DNA of 63,967 nucleotides, filler included, from Octopus bimaculoides (GCF_001194135.2; 6 parts of 6 records of this genome joined end to end with filler, not necessarily neighbours in it), one strand, 5' to 3'. Positions 35,831-50,314 are shown, counted from the first letter of the whole stretch. Numbers and translations are program-made. The notes: generated by a model not told the origin, from the sequence alone.

Positions 35831-38800
35831 AGAGAGACAGAGTGAAAGAGCAAATGTAATTAATAATTAGTATTGTTGCTGATTATGAATATAAATAATA
35901 AAAGAGATAAATTATCCATGGCATTCTGCACTTTCTGCTTAGCCATATTATTGATATTCCTCATTGGTGTTAGTAAATCCCTTTTCTTTTCTGTATTGTA
36001 ATCATAATTAGTCTTACCAAAAATATGCTTCCTTTGCGTTCGTGTAGGCCGGCATACTTTGATTGGTTTCTCCACTTCGGTTAACGACCATGTCTACTAT
36101 TCTTTATTTTCTATATTTTCCAGAGACTTCATTCGGTTAAGTGAATTACTGGAGTTATTTATTCTGCTGTTGTTTTTAGATATCAAATACTTTACTAACT
36201 GTACGAATAATGTCAATTGTTCAAAGCTTTTTAACTAACTATATTAAAGTGTGAAACCCTACTATAATTAACTGTTATTATGCAGAACAATCTCCTATGG
36301 TTTAGCTTATTCCGTCAACCATAATGTCGATATTTTTGTAATCAACTCACTTTATTCTTTACATGTTTATATATTTTGATAAGTCTTGCCATCTGAGTTG
36401 ATTATGCTTCACTTCACTAAAGAGGTCTAATAGTCAGAAACATGCCGTTGCTACCACCAGTTAACCTAAGCATTAAAGCTATACGTTTCAAAATTATACA
36501 TTAAATCAAAGTCAAATTAAATTATGCCATCTTATTTACTTGTTCTTTGATTTTAGACGTCTTTATAGGGTGTTGTAGTTGAACAGTTTTGTGGATAATC
36601 TCAGCTAATTCAAGGTTTTCAACTCGTAATATAATATACAGGAAACCTTATCGCTGTTTGATACATTATAATCAGTTAAGAATTGCATTAATTGTTTACC
36701 CAGAATACATCTGAAGACTTTTAATGACTAGAGGTACCCTTTCTGTGGACCTGGCAATCCTTATTTCCAGTCATACCAGTTTATGTTACTAGCGAGAAAT
36801 GTATGAAGGTAGCACATTTGCATTTCTCATTTGCATAAAGCTAAAGCCAAGGTGTATAAAAAGTCTCTTTTTTTTGTTATAGCTAGAGTTCGAATCTTTT
36901 AGTATATATATTTAAACTGATTTAGAACTGAAAATTAATGTTTAATCCTAGCACATGTACAATTTTATGAACATTGGCATGTATCACGTTTGCGTGTGCT
37001 TTATACGATTTGATATGAATAAAATGAAATAGCTTCAACTATGTACTGAAACGGCAACGAGCGCAACCAAGACTTTGTTAATATTAGATTATCTTGTAAA
37101 CATAATATCCTGATTTACTCTTCGACTAACACAGATTTACACTCTTCGTGATAAAAAGCTGTTAATGTTTGTCAATTGAACTGTGATAATTTCCACACAC
37201 TGGCATCTATATGGGTTTGGTTTTAACGCAAAATGTCAGGTTCACAAGAGTCTTAAGTACGCTAGGTAGAAAACATGGCTTTCCTTTTACTGCAACATTA
37301 CAATCTATAAACGGCAAAAGAAAAAAAAAATAAATGGTTTAAATCCACCGAGTATAAGTTAAGTTTGAATCCAAAGAAATAAGTTTTAAGTCAAGTGGTT
37401 GATTAAAACAAGTGTGCTGCTCCGATCTTTGCAAATATAATTCTGTTATACTTTTCAAAGTTATTTCTAAAAGTTAAAGGTGACACAGGTGATGCACGCA
37501 AGCCTAACCGTTGATTTTCAATGGAAAATGATAAAGGATTGTGTTGAGTGTTAACTGTGGGTTTGAAGATTGATGAGCAGTAGAGCTGACGAGAGGAAAA
37601 GATTGAGTGCAACGGATAGATTAGATGACTGCCGTATGCAGTTTTCTAAGAAGCTAATGTAGTAGTGACAGAAATACAAGTGGTTTATCATATTGATATG
37701 TGAATATTTGATATTCAGCTATATTGATTTATTTTACACTTTAGGCAGAACGCTAACAGTTCCTAGATATTTTAGTGACAGTACACAGTAGTTGGTATTT
37801 GAACTATGAGGAGCATCAGAAAATAAGCAGAGTTGAAGTATTTTTTGGAAGTAAAGAGAACGTCTACATTGTGGAATGCAGTTGTAACAGTATTGTAATT
37901 GAGGATTAATGCTGAAACATCACCATAGAATTAATTCTGAGAGATAATCGTGAGGCTTGATTTTGCGAGTATTCTGGAAATATTGTGAATTACTTATGCA
38001 TATTGAAAATGGGGTGCAAGATAACATAAATATGTGTACCGGATGTAGTTTTGTTCTGGTGCAGTTGAATGTGAAGATGTTGAGTGAGACTAATTCGTTT
38101 GTGATTTAAGATCCTAAATGATTGCAGATTGAAAGTGTGGTATCAAGAGTATGTTTGAATAATATTCATGTATAAAAGGAGAGGAAGATACGTGCTTAAA
38201 TACAGTCAAGAGACACGTACGTTTAGCACACTTGATAATGATTTTGAAACGAAGGATGACCGAAATATAGCTTTAATATAAAAAGAAAGTCATGACGATA
38301 GAACAAATATGTAGGAATTTGAAAATTATGTATTTTATTACTGTGTATGTCAATATGCCATTTAAACGGAGAGTCATGTGTGTGTGTGTGTGTGTTTGTG
38401 TGTGTGTGTGCTTATGTACGCATAAGCACACGTGTATATGCGTGTGTGTGAGAAAGAAAAAGAGAAGGATATTCATTTTTCAATGTCATTAGAATACGTA
38501 TAGGCACAGAAATGCTGAGAAAACAAGAGGTGGCTATGATATCGATACCAAATAGGTCCGTCGATATCGACGATGACTCTTCATATATGTATGTGAGTGT
38601 GTCTGTGTGTGTGGTAACGAGTGGTATCAAAATTGGTTCTCTCTCATCCATAAGTTTCTTACAAGGACACTGTGATCTTGTTTTGAGCGTCAATGTCCAA
38701 TTTAAATTTGGATTTAATCACATCCTTGTATATTAGAAGTGGTGTACCCTGAATTTTCGTATCGTTAGCCGACGGGGAAATATTAATCGTCTTTGGAACC

Positions 38801-38965
38801 GAGTGTAAACAAGCAATGGTTTCGTTGTACAAATATATCTCATATACTTTTTCTAGAATAATAACATTCCTGAAGCTAAACCAGATAATGTTTATAATCT
38901 GTATCAGGTCTATCATTATGGTGTAACTCCCATGTCTTCTATCCGTATAATACGTAGGTAATATT

Positions 38966-39086
38966 GTTTACGGCCATATCACATTAAATGCATCGGTTCT
39001 TGTCCGATCATCGAAATTAAGCAGCGTCGAGCCTAATTAGTTCTTTGATGGGTGACCGCTTGGGAAACCTAAGATGCTGTAAGCAT
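38966..39086 (+). rRNA. 5S rRNA copy, diverged (probable pseudogene)
   Basis: 121 nt, GTTTACGGCCATATCAC...GTCCGATCATCGAAATTAAGCAGCGTCGAGCC...GATGGGTGACCGCTTGGGAA...GCTGTAAGCAT; colinear with eukaryotic 5S, with substitutions in the internal control region and no oligo-T terminator. Confidence 0.9.
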
Positions 39087-39091
39087 AACGT

Positions 39092-39402
39092 GAAGGTGCG
39101 TGGCTTAGTGGTTAGGCGTATTCGGCTCGCAATCGTAAGGTCGTGAGTTCGATTTCCGGTGGCACGTTGTGTGTTTCATCAAGATACTTTATTTCACGAT
39201 GCTCCAGACTATTTAGCTGGCAAAAAATGAGCTGTACCTGTAATTTAAAGGGCCAGCCTTGTCACATTTTATGCTATGCTGAGAACTACGTTAAGGGAAT
39301 GCGTGTCTGTGAAGTACTCAGTGACTTGCACATTGATTTCACGAGCTGGCTATTCCGTCGATCAGACCAACCAAAACGTTTGTCGTAACCGACGGAGTGC
39401 CA
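39092..39402 (+). mobile_element. SINE family C, full length
   Basis: GAAGGTGCGTGGCTTAGTGGTTAGG...GAGTTCGATTTCC head through tail GTCGTAACCGACGGAGTGCCA. Confidence 0.85.
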
Positions 39403-39419
39403 AGACTTGCTCGATAGAT

Positions 39420-41450
39420 TTGCACTTCACTTTCAAACTTTCAAACTTCTGAACGCCGAGTTCATCTTGTTTACCCTACGCTCTAGTTTTTCGCTGAGTC
39501 ATCCATCGTTTCTGATTGTAACGTCCAGGTACCAAGATTCGATGGTGGTGTTTTCAGATTCTATCATCTAACACTAATCTTCTGGATGTTGATATTCAGA
39601 TCGAACTTTGAAGTAGCACTATTAAACAAAAACCATCAACAAACGGTGCATTCCTCTTCGTTATTGAAGACTATGGTATAACTGTCCGTAATCAACAGTT
39701 CTCTCACTAAGATATGTGCGCTCTTAGACATATCTTATGGTGTGATAACTTCAGTAGGTCAAAATCATATCCTGTCTCTATGTTTACACTTTCAGCTGAG
39801 TTGCAGAATAACTCATTAAGAATTTATAGAAGTGAAAACAATGCTAACACTAACACGCAGTCCTATTTGATTCCCACTGAAACATAAAACTGCATAGAGC
39901 TGATTTTCAGCAGCATAACTGAAGCCCTTATTTCATCATGAAGTGACTTTATGACAGAAAGGAATTTTTCAGGACATTCAAACCTTCCGAAGACCTAGTT
40001 TAGGCTGAATCCTAGCTTACTGTATCAGATGCTTTTGTAGGGAACAACTGCCAAATTTCTGAACCAGGATTCAGAACTGAATCCACAGTTTTCAGCAATT
40101 TCTCGGCCCATTGTTCTAACCTTTTACACTAGGAGACTTATGAAAATAAGCTGACCTCTTGATCTTTGATGAATCAGATATAGGTCCAAACTGATGCAGA
40201 GGAAAAACCCTTTGATTAGCTCGACCTTATATTTAGTTATGAAGTTTATGAATACACAACCAAAGACAAGTGCATCTCTTTGGTCACTTGGCGCCAACCA
40301 AGATCACGTCTCTCTTTCTTCCATCTTCCTTCTGTCAGGTATCAATGGAGAATAACACCCTTGTTCGAGGGACAATGCAATCCTTACTGTTTGTATCTGC
40401 CTTGACTCTCTTACTCTTACTCTCTCTCTCTCTCTCTCTCTGTAGTAGTGACTCACAGATGAATTTACCACCTATGTAATGGATTCGAGATCAACAAATA
40501 ACTTGTGTACTGCAACTTGAAGAAGTTGTATTTTCTACAGTGTAACGACTATCATACTAATGACATAAATAAAATGGCCATCTCAACAAGCAATTAATAT
40601 TCTTCTTCATTCATTAGTCTGATGCACCATATCGTTATACATAACCGCCATACTTAGTAACCGACCATCATATTTTCGTTACAATTTCGTAAAGTCAGTG
40701 AATACCACATACAATGCTCTGTTCTTCTATACTTTTAACTGGATTTAACAGAGACAGAATAGTGTATCAATGATGCACTTTTCTCCCTTGAACCTACATT
40801 GAGTTCCAGGCAAAAGGACTACAATTTTCTTACAGCCTGTTGAGCAACAGTTTTGCAAGGATCTTTCCAACAACTGTAGAAAAGGCTTGATAGTAACGGC
40901 ATTCATTAGTGCTATACTTCTTGAGCCTGGGTACTATGCTAGCATCCTTCCAGGCCTGTGGTTTATAAACAACATTATCAAGGATATATGCCCCATATCT
41001 TTGATAGTACCATATTTTAGGAGTTCTGCCTCACAAAAGGTTGCTATATCTTTCCAGATCAAGAGCCACATGTGGTGTACTATTCTAATTGGCCTGTTTT
41101 TCCTCTCTCTAGTAGTGTCTTGATATTCTATTGGCAAAGATAAAGGCTCTCTGTCTTGTATTCAAGTAAAACTTTTGTTTCTGTTTGGAGTGGGGAACAG
41201 CCAACGTAATCTTCGTTAACCGGGTGACGATTTATCCAGTGCATTTTTAACAAGTTGATATGATTTATTAGGGCTACTGCCAAGAGATTTAAGTGATAGT
41301 AGGTTTTGCCGAAGCAGTCTTTGGTAGTAAACAGAGGGCAAGGACAGGCCAGCGACTGCAACGAATAGGCAGCAGACGTCCGTACTGTGATGCATCTTTG
41401 CCTACTTGAAGTCTTGTTACGGTACACCTAGTCAGTATTGGATGACCATT
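39420..41450 (-). mobile_element. Ancient LINE (RTE/L2-like) reverse transcriptase relic
   Basis: Fragments VGKILAKLLLNRL, ECPEKFLSVIKSLHDEIRASV, VSVGIK*DCVL and YLDVTIRNDG*LSEKLERRVNKMNSAFRSL match RT subdomains in order; many stops. Confidence 0.7.
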
Positions 41451-44400
41451 GACTCTACCGAATTATTTCACCCTTCTTGACGAGCTTTGATTTTCGTTCC
41501 GAAGGATTTCTAAGAATTCACCTTCCTAGCAAACAAGCTTAATGAATTTGCAGGTTTGGTTACTGGTTGTCCGTTGTACTGATTTACATGATTTATCAGT
41601 AACAGACCTCTGCTTATCCCATATCTAGTTTGACACTATCTTCAGATTTTAACTCCAGATTTTAATCTTAAAGTTTCTTCATAGCATTGAATGTTTTCAT
41701 ATATAGAAATATATTATTATATGACGTATTTCATGTTCATATACATAAAGATCAGCTTATCCAAAACCATTTCTCAAGAAGCTTAGTTGGTCGGTAAGTC
41801 TTACAACAATAACAGCACTCAGGTCTTATCTTAACAACGGTGATATGTATCATAGTATTTATATTTTTTTAGAGTTTATTCATCTCCAAAGTAAATTGTT
41901 CTTAATGTTATTTGTTTTGAAAGAAAATAAAGTATTCATATTGATAAGTTCATATTTATACCTTTATAGTAAACTGTTGCTAGTCAGTGTCAGATACTTG
42001 TTTCATTCTAAAACAGTCAAGTCGTTCAGTTAAAATTACCGTTGCCAGATGGAAAAACAAAAGATTTGTCATGAGGCTCTCTTTAGCGTCTATTAATGGA
42101 TGCTATTAAACTAGTAAGTCTCCGATATTTTAAAAAAAATATGCTTTGAATGATTACTGTCAAATACAAAGAAGAAAAGCAAAACAAAAATTGCAGAAAT
42201 TCAAGTCTTAAATGCATGTCATCTATGACAAAATATCGGTGTACTTGAGTCTCGGAAGTCATACATAGTTCAAACAAATGTACGATGCATTTTTTAGAAT
42301 TATTAAAGTCATCTGAATGTTACAATCGGAACTTTATTCTAAAATAAATATCTTCCAAAGTAACAGCTATAGATTCATAGATGTGTGGCACTTTTTTTAC
42401 AAGCATTTAAAAAATAAAAAAGTAGCTCACCATTAATACGTGGAACCTAAGGGAAACTCCAGATGCATATGGCCCGTGCTTTTTATGTCTAAGATAATGG
42501 TACTCTTAAATATAGCACTAAGCCACCTAACTAAAAGAGCATGCGCATGCTTTCTCAGCACCCAGTCATTGATTGCTTCTAAAAAGAATTTATAACTTCA
42601 TAGATTTTACATTGATATAGAGATAATTTCGTTATTGTTCTGTTTGTGGACTGTCATGATTATTTTTGTGCAACGGCATTAATATTAATAAACTGATTCT
42701 AAGATATTTATTCCCTATAGTATTGATCTGAAAAATTCACTACATAATATATATTCCTTTGGCTGGTGCTTTCCAGGATCTATGCATAGTGAACGCATTT
42801 GCAGTAGGATTCTCTGCTACAGCAACTCTGAAAATTGATAAATTTGGCAGTAGCTATAGCAGCTGCATGGTAGCTCCCTTAGCAGTAGCAGCAATGATAT
42901 TCTTTCAATAGAGCGTTAATGATAAAGACGCTTTGAGAAGAGCGCGTGCATGACTGAGCACATATATTCATGATGGATGGGTGGCTGGCTCGATGACTTC
43001 ATTGGTCGATGTGGCAGGAGAAGCGAATGAACGAATATGAAAATGAACAAAAAATGTATATCTTCTTTTACATGTAAATGCATTTATATGCTTGGTGCAT
43101 ATTTATGGATATAATCTACTTCATCTGAAGGCAAAACTATATAATGTTTATGTAGCTTTAAATAAGTTGCATGTATGCGCATATATGTTTCTACTGAAGT
43201 AATTGTATGTCTCAGTATGTACTTTATAAGTTCGTTTGTTAGTTCAATAACGTTAGTTTTAGAGTTTGCTCACTTGAGCATATATAGTTGTATGTGGAAA
43301 AGCATAACTTTGTTTCATTGTTTATATTCATATTATTTTTTGTTCTGGATTTTACACTTTTTAGACGTGCAGATATCCAGAAACCTAAGAATATTATATA
43401 TGTTTCTGACTGTTTTGAAATAAACATTGTTATTCCAATCCAATTACGTAGCTTTTCTTGAAATGCTAATACTAACCGAAATTCACGTTTAACATGTACG
43501 TACAAGCTATAAAAAAACACAATACAGCTTGCACAATATTATCAAGAACATATACAGCAAATACATTTTTCCATTTAACTGCGCTTTCAAAAGTTGACTC
43601 ATAGCATGTCGCATCTATCTATCAACCTTTGAATGTTTTATTCTTGGAATTTTAAGTTATGTTTATTTACAGTTAAATAGTAGAAACGTATGGTCTTTAA
43701 ATTAAAAAAGGAAAACTGTGTATATTCTATTATAGATAATATCGGTTTGCTTTGTAACTAAAGAAATATGATTTATATAATCGTTATGGTTTTATAGAAA
43801 GTATACACACTAACTAATGTTTCATGCTTGTTTCTACCAACGCTATTATTTTACATTCCTAGAAGTGATATTGCGTTATTCTCATTCGCTAATGTCTATT
43901 ACACAAAGATAAAAAATTATTGTATCGTTTTGGTATAGAAATGTTGAAGTCGTCACAGCCGATTCAAAATAACTTCCTTTTTATTAATCAGTACCATCTT
44001 CTGTACCTTTTAGTCTTTTCAATGATATCCTGAGGCATTGAAATACAGCTGAATATATTAAGTCAACTAGAGTGTATCAAAGGCACTCATCTGGTTGATC
44101 CAGAATAATATAAACAAGCCTGGCACCTAACAGTGCCACCCGGAGGCATATATGCAAACTAATGGCGGTAATTTCAAAACGTGCGGGCTATGGAAGTTGC
44201 TGGAACACAAAATACCGGACTAAAGATGTTCAACCTCACCATGGTTCACTCGTATAAAAGATTTAATCCGTTGCTCAGCGTAACATTACCACCTGACAGG
44301 TTGGGTGCGTTAATCGAAGTCTACACGGTTGAAAGCAATCGAGTATCATCTTCAGTTTAAGGACACTTTTCTACTTTTTTTCCACCAGTCCCAGAAATCT

Positions 44401-45996
44401 TGTAAGGAATCATGTAAAGGGGACGATATGTCCTATTGATTAAAAGATAAAATAAAAATATATATTACAGAATCGGGGCTATTTCTCAGATATTATTTAT
44501 TTAAAAAAAATTCGATGTCATGTGTTACGAATACAATATATATTTGTTCGGAATTTATGGCAAGCTATAATTTCAAAATTTTAATAATGACAATCATAGA
44601 AATAATAGTTAAAAATTTTGGAACTATGATAAGGATTATTAAAATGTTAAAGGTCCTAATTTAATTGTGAACTGAAAACTGAAAACACTTGAAGCGAAAC
44701 ATTTCATTCTCTCTGTCACCAAATGTTACTTTTATGATTATAGCAACCAGTGTAATTTTAATTTTGCTTCGAATATTGTAACTAGTTACATAATTTTAAT
44801 ACTTATATCAAAAATGTCGTTTTAAAATATTTCGCTACATAACAATATTCACGTAATGCTTTTAATATCGATTCTTTAAAGATATGAAATATTTTAGCGA
44901 AGTTTGCTTTTTACTTCAAAACATTGAAATATCTTATATTTTTAATATTTCTTTTCAACTTTCTTCCAGTTAGTGCACTTAATAAAAACACAGTTTGATA
45001 TTAGTTTACTGCTACTCATGTCACATGCATTCCAGAGGTGTATTTCATGGATTTAAATTAAATTTCTTATTATTTAGGCTGCATATTGTTATTAACGTTC
45101 GGAAAATTCAGAGAAACAAGTTCATAATTTTGTATTGATTTACTGATTTTTAAAACTTTGATATATTTTATTTAGATATGTTTTTTTATCGATATCCTAC
45201 ACTTAACCTTCGATAATCCAATTTCATTGTGTAATTTTACCCTAGCACACTTCTTATGTCGTTATTGTTCTTATAATATATGGTTTAATATTAACATATT
45301 GGCATGTCATCATTTAGTTTTACCTTTCAAACTCTTTCCTATTATAATAATAATAAAACCTGGAAAATGATTTGCGCTGCATAGGACTCCCATCTCGATA
45401 CAGTAGCAGGGATGCCATCGTGATATACATCTTGTCTTGAGGTATTACTTTTAAGACTGGCAGGAAAAAACACAAAAGAATGAGAGAATGAGAAGAATTG
45501 ATTTCAGTACAGGTATAGGTATCTTTCTTTTATCGATACCGAAAGAATGAAAAGCTATGTTGATCTCGGTGGGATTTGGCTGAAATTCGGAACGATTACC
45601 GTAATGCAATCTATCTGAATCTAACGACGGTATTAAATGGCTGCGTACGACTGTATTTATCGATAAATAAAATTACATGCTGAATGTGAGAGTGAGCTAA
45701 AAGGATTTTGTGGAATATTTTTCCAAATATTTTTAGAATGTTCGGTGTAGTCAATCAGTAAGTTGTCCTGTTATAAAGAAAAATAAAGAAATCTAATAGC
45801 AAGGTAGATTTAACCTGACCTTTTCATTAAAATATTTTATTGATGATCAATAGGATTGCAGGTGTTTTCACTGAACATAACAATATTACGAAATATTATA
45901 TTTTACGATTTTGTGTGATAGAATAAAGTTATTAAAAAAAAGTAATAAAAGGTTGTTGTTGTTGTTGTTGTTGTTATTATTATTATTGTTATTGTT

Positions 45997-46027
<31 letters not shown>

Positions 46028-46029
46028 TT

Positions 46030-46262
46030 ATTATTATTCAGTAGTTTTATTTTTATAACGTGCTTTCACTTCACTACCGAGCGCAGCTCTGTGCGCCTTG
46101 GGTATGTGCTGTGGTTTGCTGTGGTGCTCTTATGTTTACTGTATTGAAAGTGTTTTGCGTAGAATGTGTGCAGTACCCAGTAGTGCAATTTTCTGTATGT
46201 TATATATATTTGTAAGTCCTGGTGTTTTTGTTATGTATTTGTCTGAATATTTTTTTATTATA
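46030..46262 (-). mobile_element. R4/Dong-type 3' end with (AAT)n tail
   Basis: KYSDKYITKTPGLTNIYNIQKIALLGTAHILRKTLSIQ*, then 3' UTR and (AAT)n/(AAC)n at ~45953-46040. Confidence 0.85.
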
Positions 46263-47520
46263 CNNNNNNNNNNNNNNNNNNNNNNNNNNNNNNNNNNNNN
46301 NNNNNNNTTAATTAATTAANNNNNNNNNNNNNNNNNNNNNNNNNNNNNNNNNNNNNNNNNNNNGTATATGGTATTAATTCCCGTTAGTTCTGACATTTCC
46401 GATTAACTAGACTGTTCGTAAACAAAGGGGAAAAAGCCATCAAAATACTTGAATATTGCCTGCACTTGTTGTTGGAGCTGGCAGAATTATTAATGCACCT
46501 CCACCAAGTGCTTCATTTCCTAGAAATAGCAGCCAAATCTTCTTCAAATCAAACTCTACTTTAGGGTTCGGGTTTTAGAGTTAGGGTTAGGGTTAGGGCA
46601 AAAATAATCATAACCCTAACCGTCACCCTAAAACTAACCCGAACTCTAGTTCTTCAAATCAAACTTTACCATCATTTAGAAAATGTGTTACTGAGTACTA
46701 GCGAAAAATTGTTACACACACAGATACGCACAGCGTAATTTATTATATAAACAATATATGCGTATAAATTACGAGTAAACCGGATGAAATATGTCACAGG
46801 GAATAACATTTTTATGACCGGCCAAAAATTATTGTTTATAAAAAGAGCACTGACTGTATTCAGCTGAATAGGCGTCAGTGATTGGTTGAAATTACAGAAA
46901 TACGACAACTTTAACATGAAATAACTTGCGATGTACAATTTTTTGTTAAGAAGGCCAAGAGAAAAAGTTGTTTTGTATGACAAATTCTACCAGTGTCCCA
47001 AGTTTGAAAGTGTTTCGTTAAGAAAACAAGTGTTGCCCGTCAAATCATAAAGATCCGTCGATTCATTCGAATAAAATTCTTCAAGGTTGTGTCCCAGCAA
47101 GGCGAAAGTCAAACGTCTGAAACGCGTAAACGATAAAGCTCAGCTTTACCATTCTTGCTTTCAGGATTGATTTTAAAAAATGTACCAATCCCAGGTAATG
47201 AACTGCTGAAACTGTATAAACAACGGCCTGGGTGCCTTGTAGTATTTATTCTAGTTGTGAGTTCAAATCCTACCATAACCTACGCTCGTGGGGGATTTAA
47301 TCTGTTGATCGGTTAGATACCACCACTTGCTTGGCACCTTAAAAGCTTTTACTGGAGTCCACTCTGTTGTATGCTTTCGAGCTAGGATTCCAGTTCTAGG
47401 TATTTTTCTAACCCCCTCCTTTCCTCCCGCCCTTCTTCTTACCAATTTCTGAGGATCTGCAAATGGCCATGGGCATTGTTTTCCCCCTAAATGAAAAAAA
47501 AAAGGTTTAAAAAATATCAA

Positions 47521-47938
47521 TGTAGCACCTCGGCCAAGTATCTTCTACTATAACACCAGGCCGACCGAAGCGTCGTGAGTAGATTTGATAAACGGAAACT
47601 GTAAGAAACCCGTTGTGTGTGTATATATATATGTGTGTGTATGTATGTATGGATGTGTGNNNNNNNNNNNNNNNNNNNNNNNNNNNNNNNNNNNNNNNNN
47701 NNNNNNNNNNNNNNNNNNNNNTTGTGTTTTTCCTCCACCACCGATTGACAGTCGGCGCTGATTTGTTTACGTCCTTGTAACATAGCGGTTCGGCAATCCG
47801 ACACCGAGAAATAAATACCGGACTTAAATGTAAGTACTGGGGTCATTTTGTTCGACTGAACCCTTCTAGGCGTTCCCCAGTATGTCCGCAGTCTTATGAC
47901 TGAAACAAGTAAATAATAGAAGGATAGAAAAAAGATAA
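47521..47938 (+). mobile_element. SINE family A lacking head, spans a gap
   Basis: GCACCTCGGCCAAGTATCTTCTACTATA...TGACTGAAACAAGTAAA. Confidence 0.75.
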
Positions 47939-48833
47939 ATACATCATGGCTGGGGAAGAATAAAAGTTCTCCAAGAAATTCAGATGAATGTGGTTATGGT
48001 TTGCACTTTTGCAGAATGTTAAAATGAGAAATCTACGTTCGTTGAACGAAATTGCGTTTAAATAATTCTCTCCCCATTTTCCTCTTTCTGTTCCTTCTCG
48101 TTTCTTTGTCTTAAATTTTCGATTTCTTATCTTTATATGAGCTGGTTGATTTAAAAGATTACTGAAATAAATATCAGAGATGCTTTAGCTCAAGTAGAAA
48201 CTGCAGGAACTACTTAAGGATGTCGCAAGAACTTCCGACAGTGACTTTTTCTACCGTAGTGTTATAAATTCTTCTGTATTTTCAGCATGTATCTCAGGCT
48301 CACAAGCATTTCACCTCTTAGACTGTACATCGGTCACCTTTTGGGGCAAGGTGTTTTAAGTTAGGGAGAATGATAGAAAAGTAGGCATTTCTGTCCATAT
48401 GTATTCAGAACTTGCCCTCTTTTTTTTTTTCTTTTTTAAAGATGGTATAGTATAAGTTGAAGAAGCTTTGTCTACTGCTTCGTACAGATGGAGCGACTGC
48501 ACAGGAACTCTTTCATTGGCAAGGGATTGAGGATGGTTAAGGAGATAAATTCATACCGAGAAGGAATGTAGGATTATCAGTGGAGGAGCATATTTAGCAG
48601 GCTGTCATTGCAGTATCAAGTAAATATTCTATAACCAACAGATCCACGTATTTTCATTCTTAAAGGCAGAGGTGCCATGGCCCACAATGAAAGCTGGATA
48701 ACAAGGATTAAAAACAACGATTGAAAATTTACTTGACCTGCTACATCTGGACCATGTTGAAACTCAAGGTGGTGGGATCGCTTATTTCAGCTACCAGCAG
48801 CATTATAATCGCTCTCAAGTCACACTCTAGTGT

Positions 48834-49050
48834 CCTAATTCCTTTCTACTATATGCACAAGGCCTGAAATTTTGATGGAGGGGTTAGTCAGTCACATCGA
48901 TCCGAGTGCTCATCTGGTATTTGCCTCATCTATCCCGAAAATATGAAAGTAAAAGCAACCTCGACGGAATTTGAACTCAGAACGTGCAGAGAGATGAAAT
49001 ACATCTAAGCATTTGTCCGGCGTGCTAACAACTCTGCCAGCTCGCTGCCT
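48834..49050 (-). mobile_element. SINE family B
   Basis: CCTTTCTACTA...CAAGGCCTGAAATTT...GGAATTTGAACTCAGAACG...CGTGCTAAC...GCCAGCTCGC. Confidence 0.75.
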
Positions 49051-49713
49051 TGAAAGAAAGAAAGAAAAAAAAATGGGAAAACGACGGGAATACATTTGTA
49101 ACTGTAGTCCTAATATACGAACAGGCTGGTTGGTCCTGACTAGAGTCTACTTAGATTATATAGGCCAACTCCGTCAGTACTCACCTGCAGGCTAAGCAAC
49201 ATCAAAAGCTGTAACATCGGGAGATGAAGTTCAGCTGACCATCAGAGTAGTTCCTTAACAATAACAGATTCACAATAAATAGATTTGCTTTACATTTCTT
49301 CAGATTTGATAATAAAATTACCATACTGCGGTCATGTCCAAACACAGCTTGTGCGAATGAAACAATTAAGAAACAAACTTAAACACAATCACAAATGTAT
49401 GGCATTTATTTCGGACGTGATCGTAGCTAAGTATTCAATGAACGCGGTTAACCGCTCTAGTATTTTATCTATCAGCTGTTGATAGTGTAAGGAGCTAAAC
49501 TCTAATCGGCGTGTTAAAGCTACATTACTCTAGGGTGGTTGGTATGGTTGGGTGGTATGTATTTCAGACGCCAGAGACATTTGTAAATGCCTTTTCTGTG
49601 AAAGATATGTCACAAACACAAATATTTATATACAAGCTAGAAAATAAAGATTACACGCTCGTACGTACACGGAAACACACACGCACGCGCGCGCGCGCAC
49701 ACACACACACACA

Positions 49714-49783
<70 letters not shown>

Positions 49784-49940
49784 ACACAAATTCACGTTCA
49801 TCTATCGTTATACGGATGTGATTGTAACCCTATGTTCACATTAAGGAATTGTATATACACATAGATATATAAATATATATACACATATGTAATCCAAATA
49901 ATGTAATACACACACATACACGAGTGTGTGCGTGTGCGTG

Positions 49941-49972
<32 letters not shown>

Positions 49973-50088
49973 AGTGAAGTACTGGATACATCTCGAAGAG
50001 TTTATTAGCTAATTCAAAGTTGAGGTTTCAATCCCTTACTTCTCTTATCTGAACTTGACCAACTTTCTTAACACCGATATTTATCACA

Positions 50089-50122
<34 letters not shown>

Positions 50123-50314
50123 GTGTGTGTGTATGCGTGTGTGTGTGTGCACGCGTGTGTGTGTGCACGTGTGTGTGTGTTGTGCGTGTGTGTATGCGTG
50201 TGCGTGTGTGCGTGTATTTGTGTTTGTCCTTTACCACCGCTTGACGACCGTGTTGGTTTATTTACGCCCCACCCTTCTATCCAAACTTCAGGCCTTATGC
50301 TTGTAGCAGAAAGG

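Noticed and set aside
44040-44420. TATA-like TATAAAAG in unique sequence
   Set aside because: No correctly spaced initiator or downstream exon identifiable.
46561-46649. True chromosome end-to-end fusion site
   Set aside because: Only a few degenerate units inside another repeat with flanking duplication; kept only as a small insertion finding.
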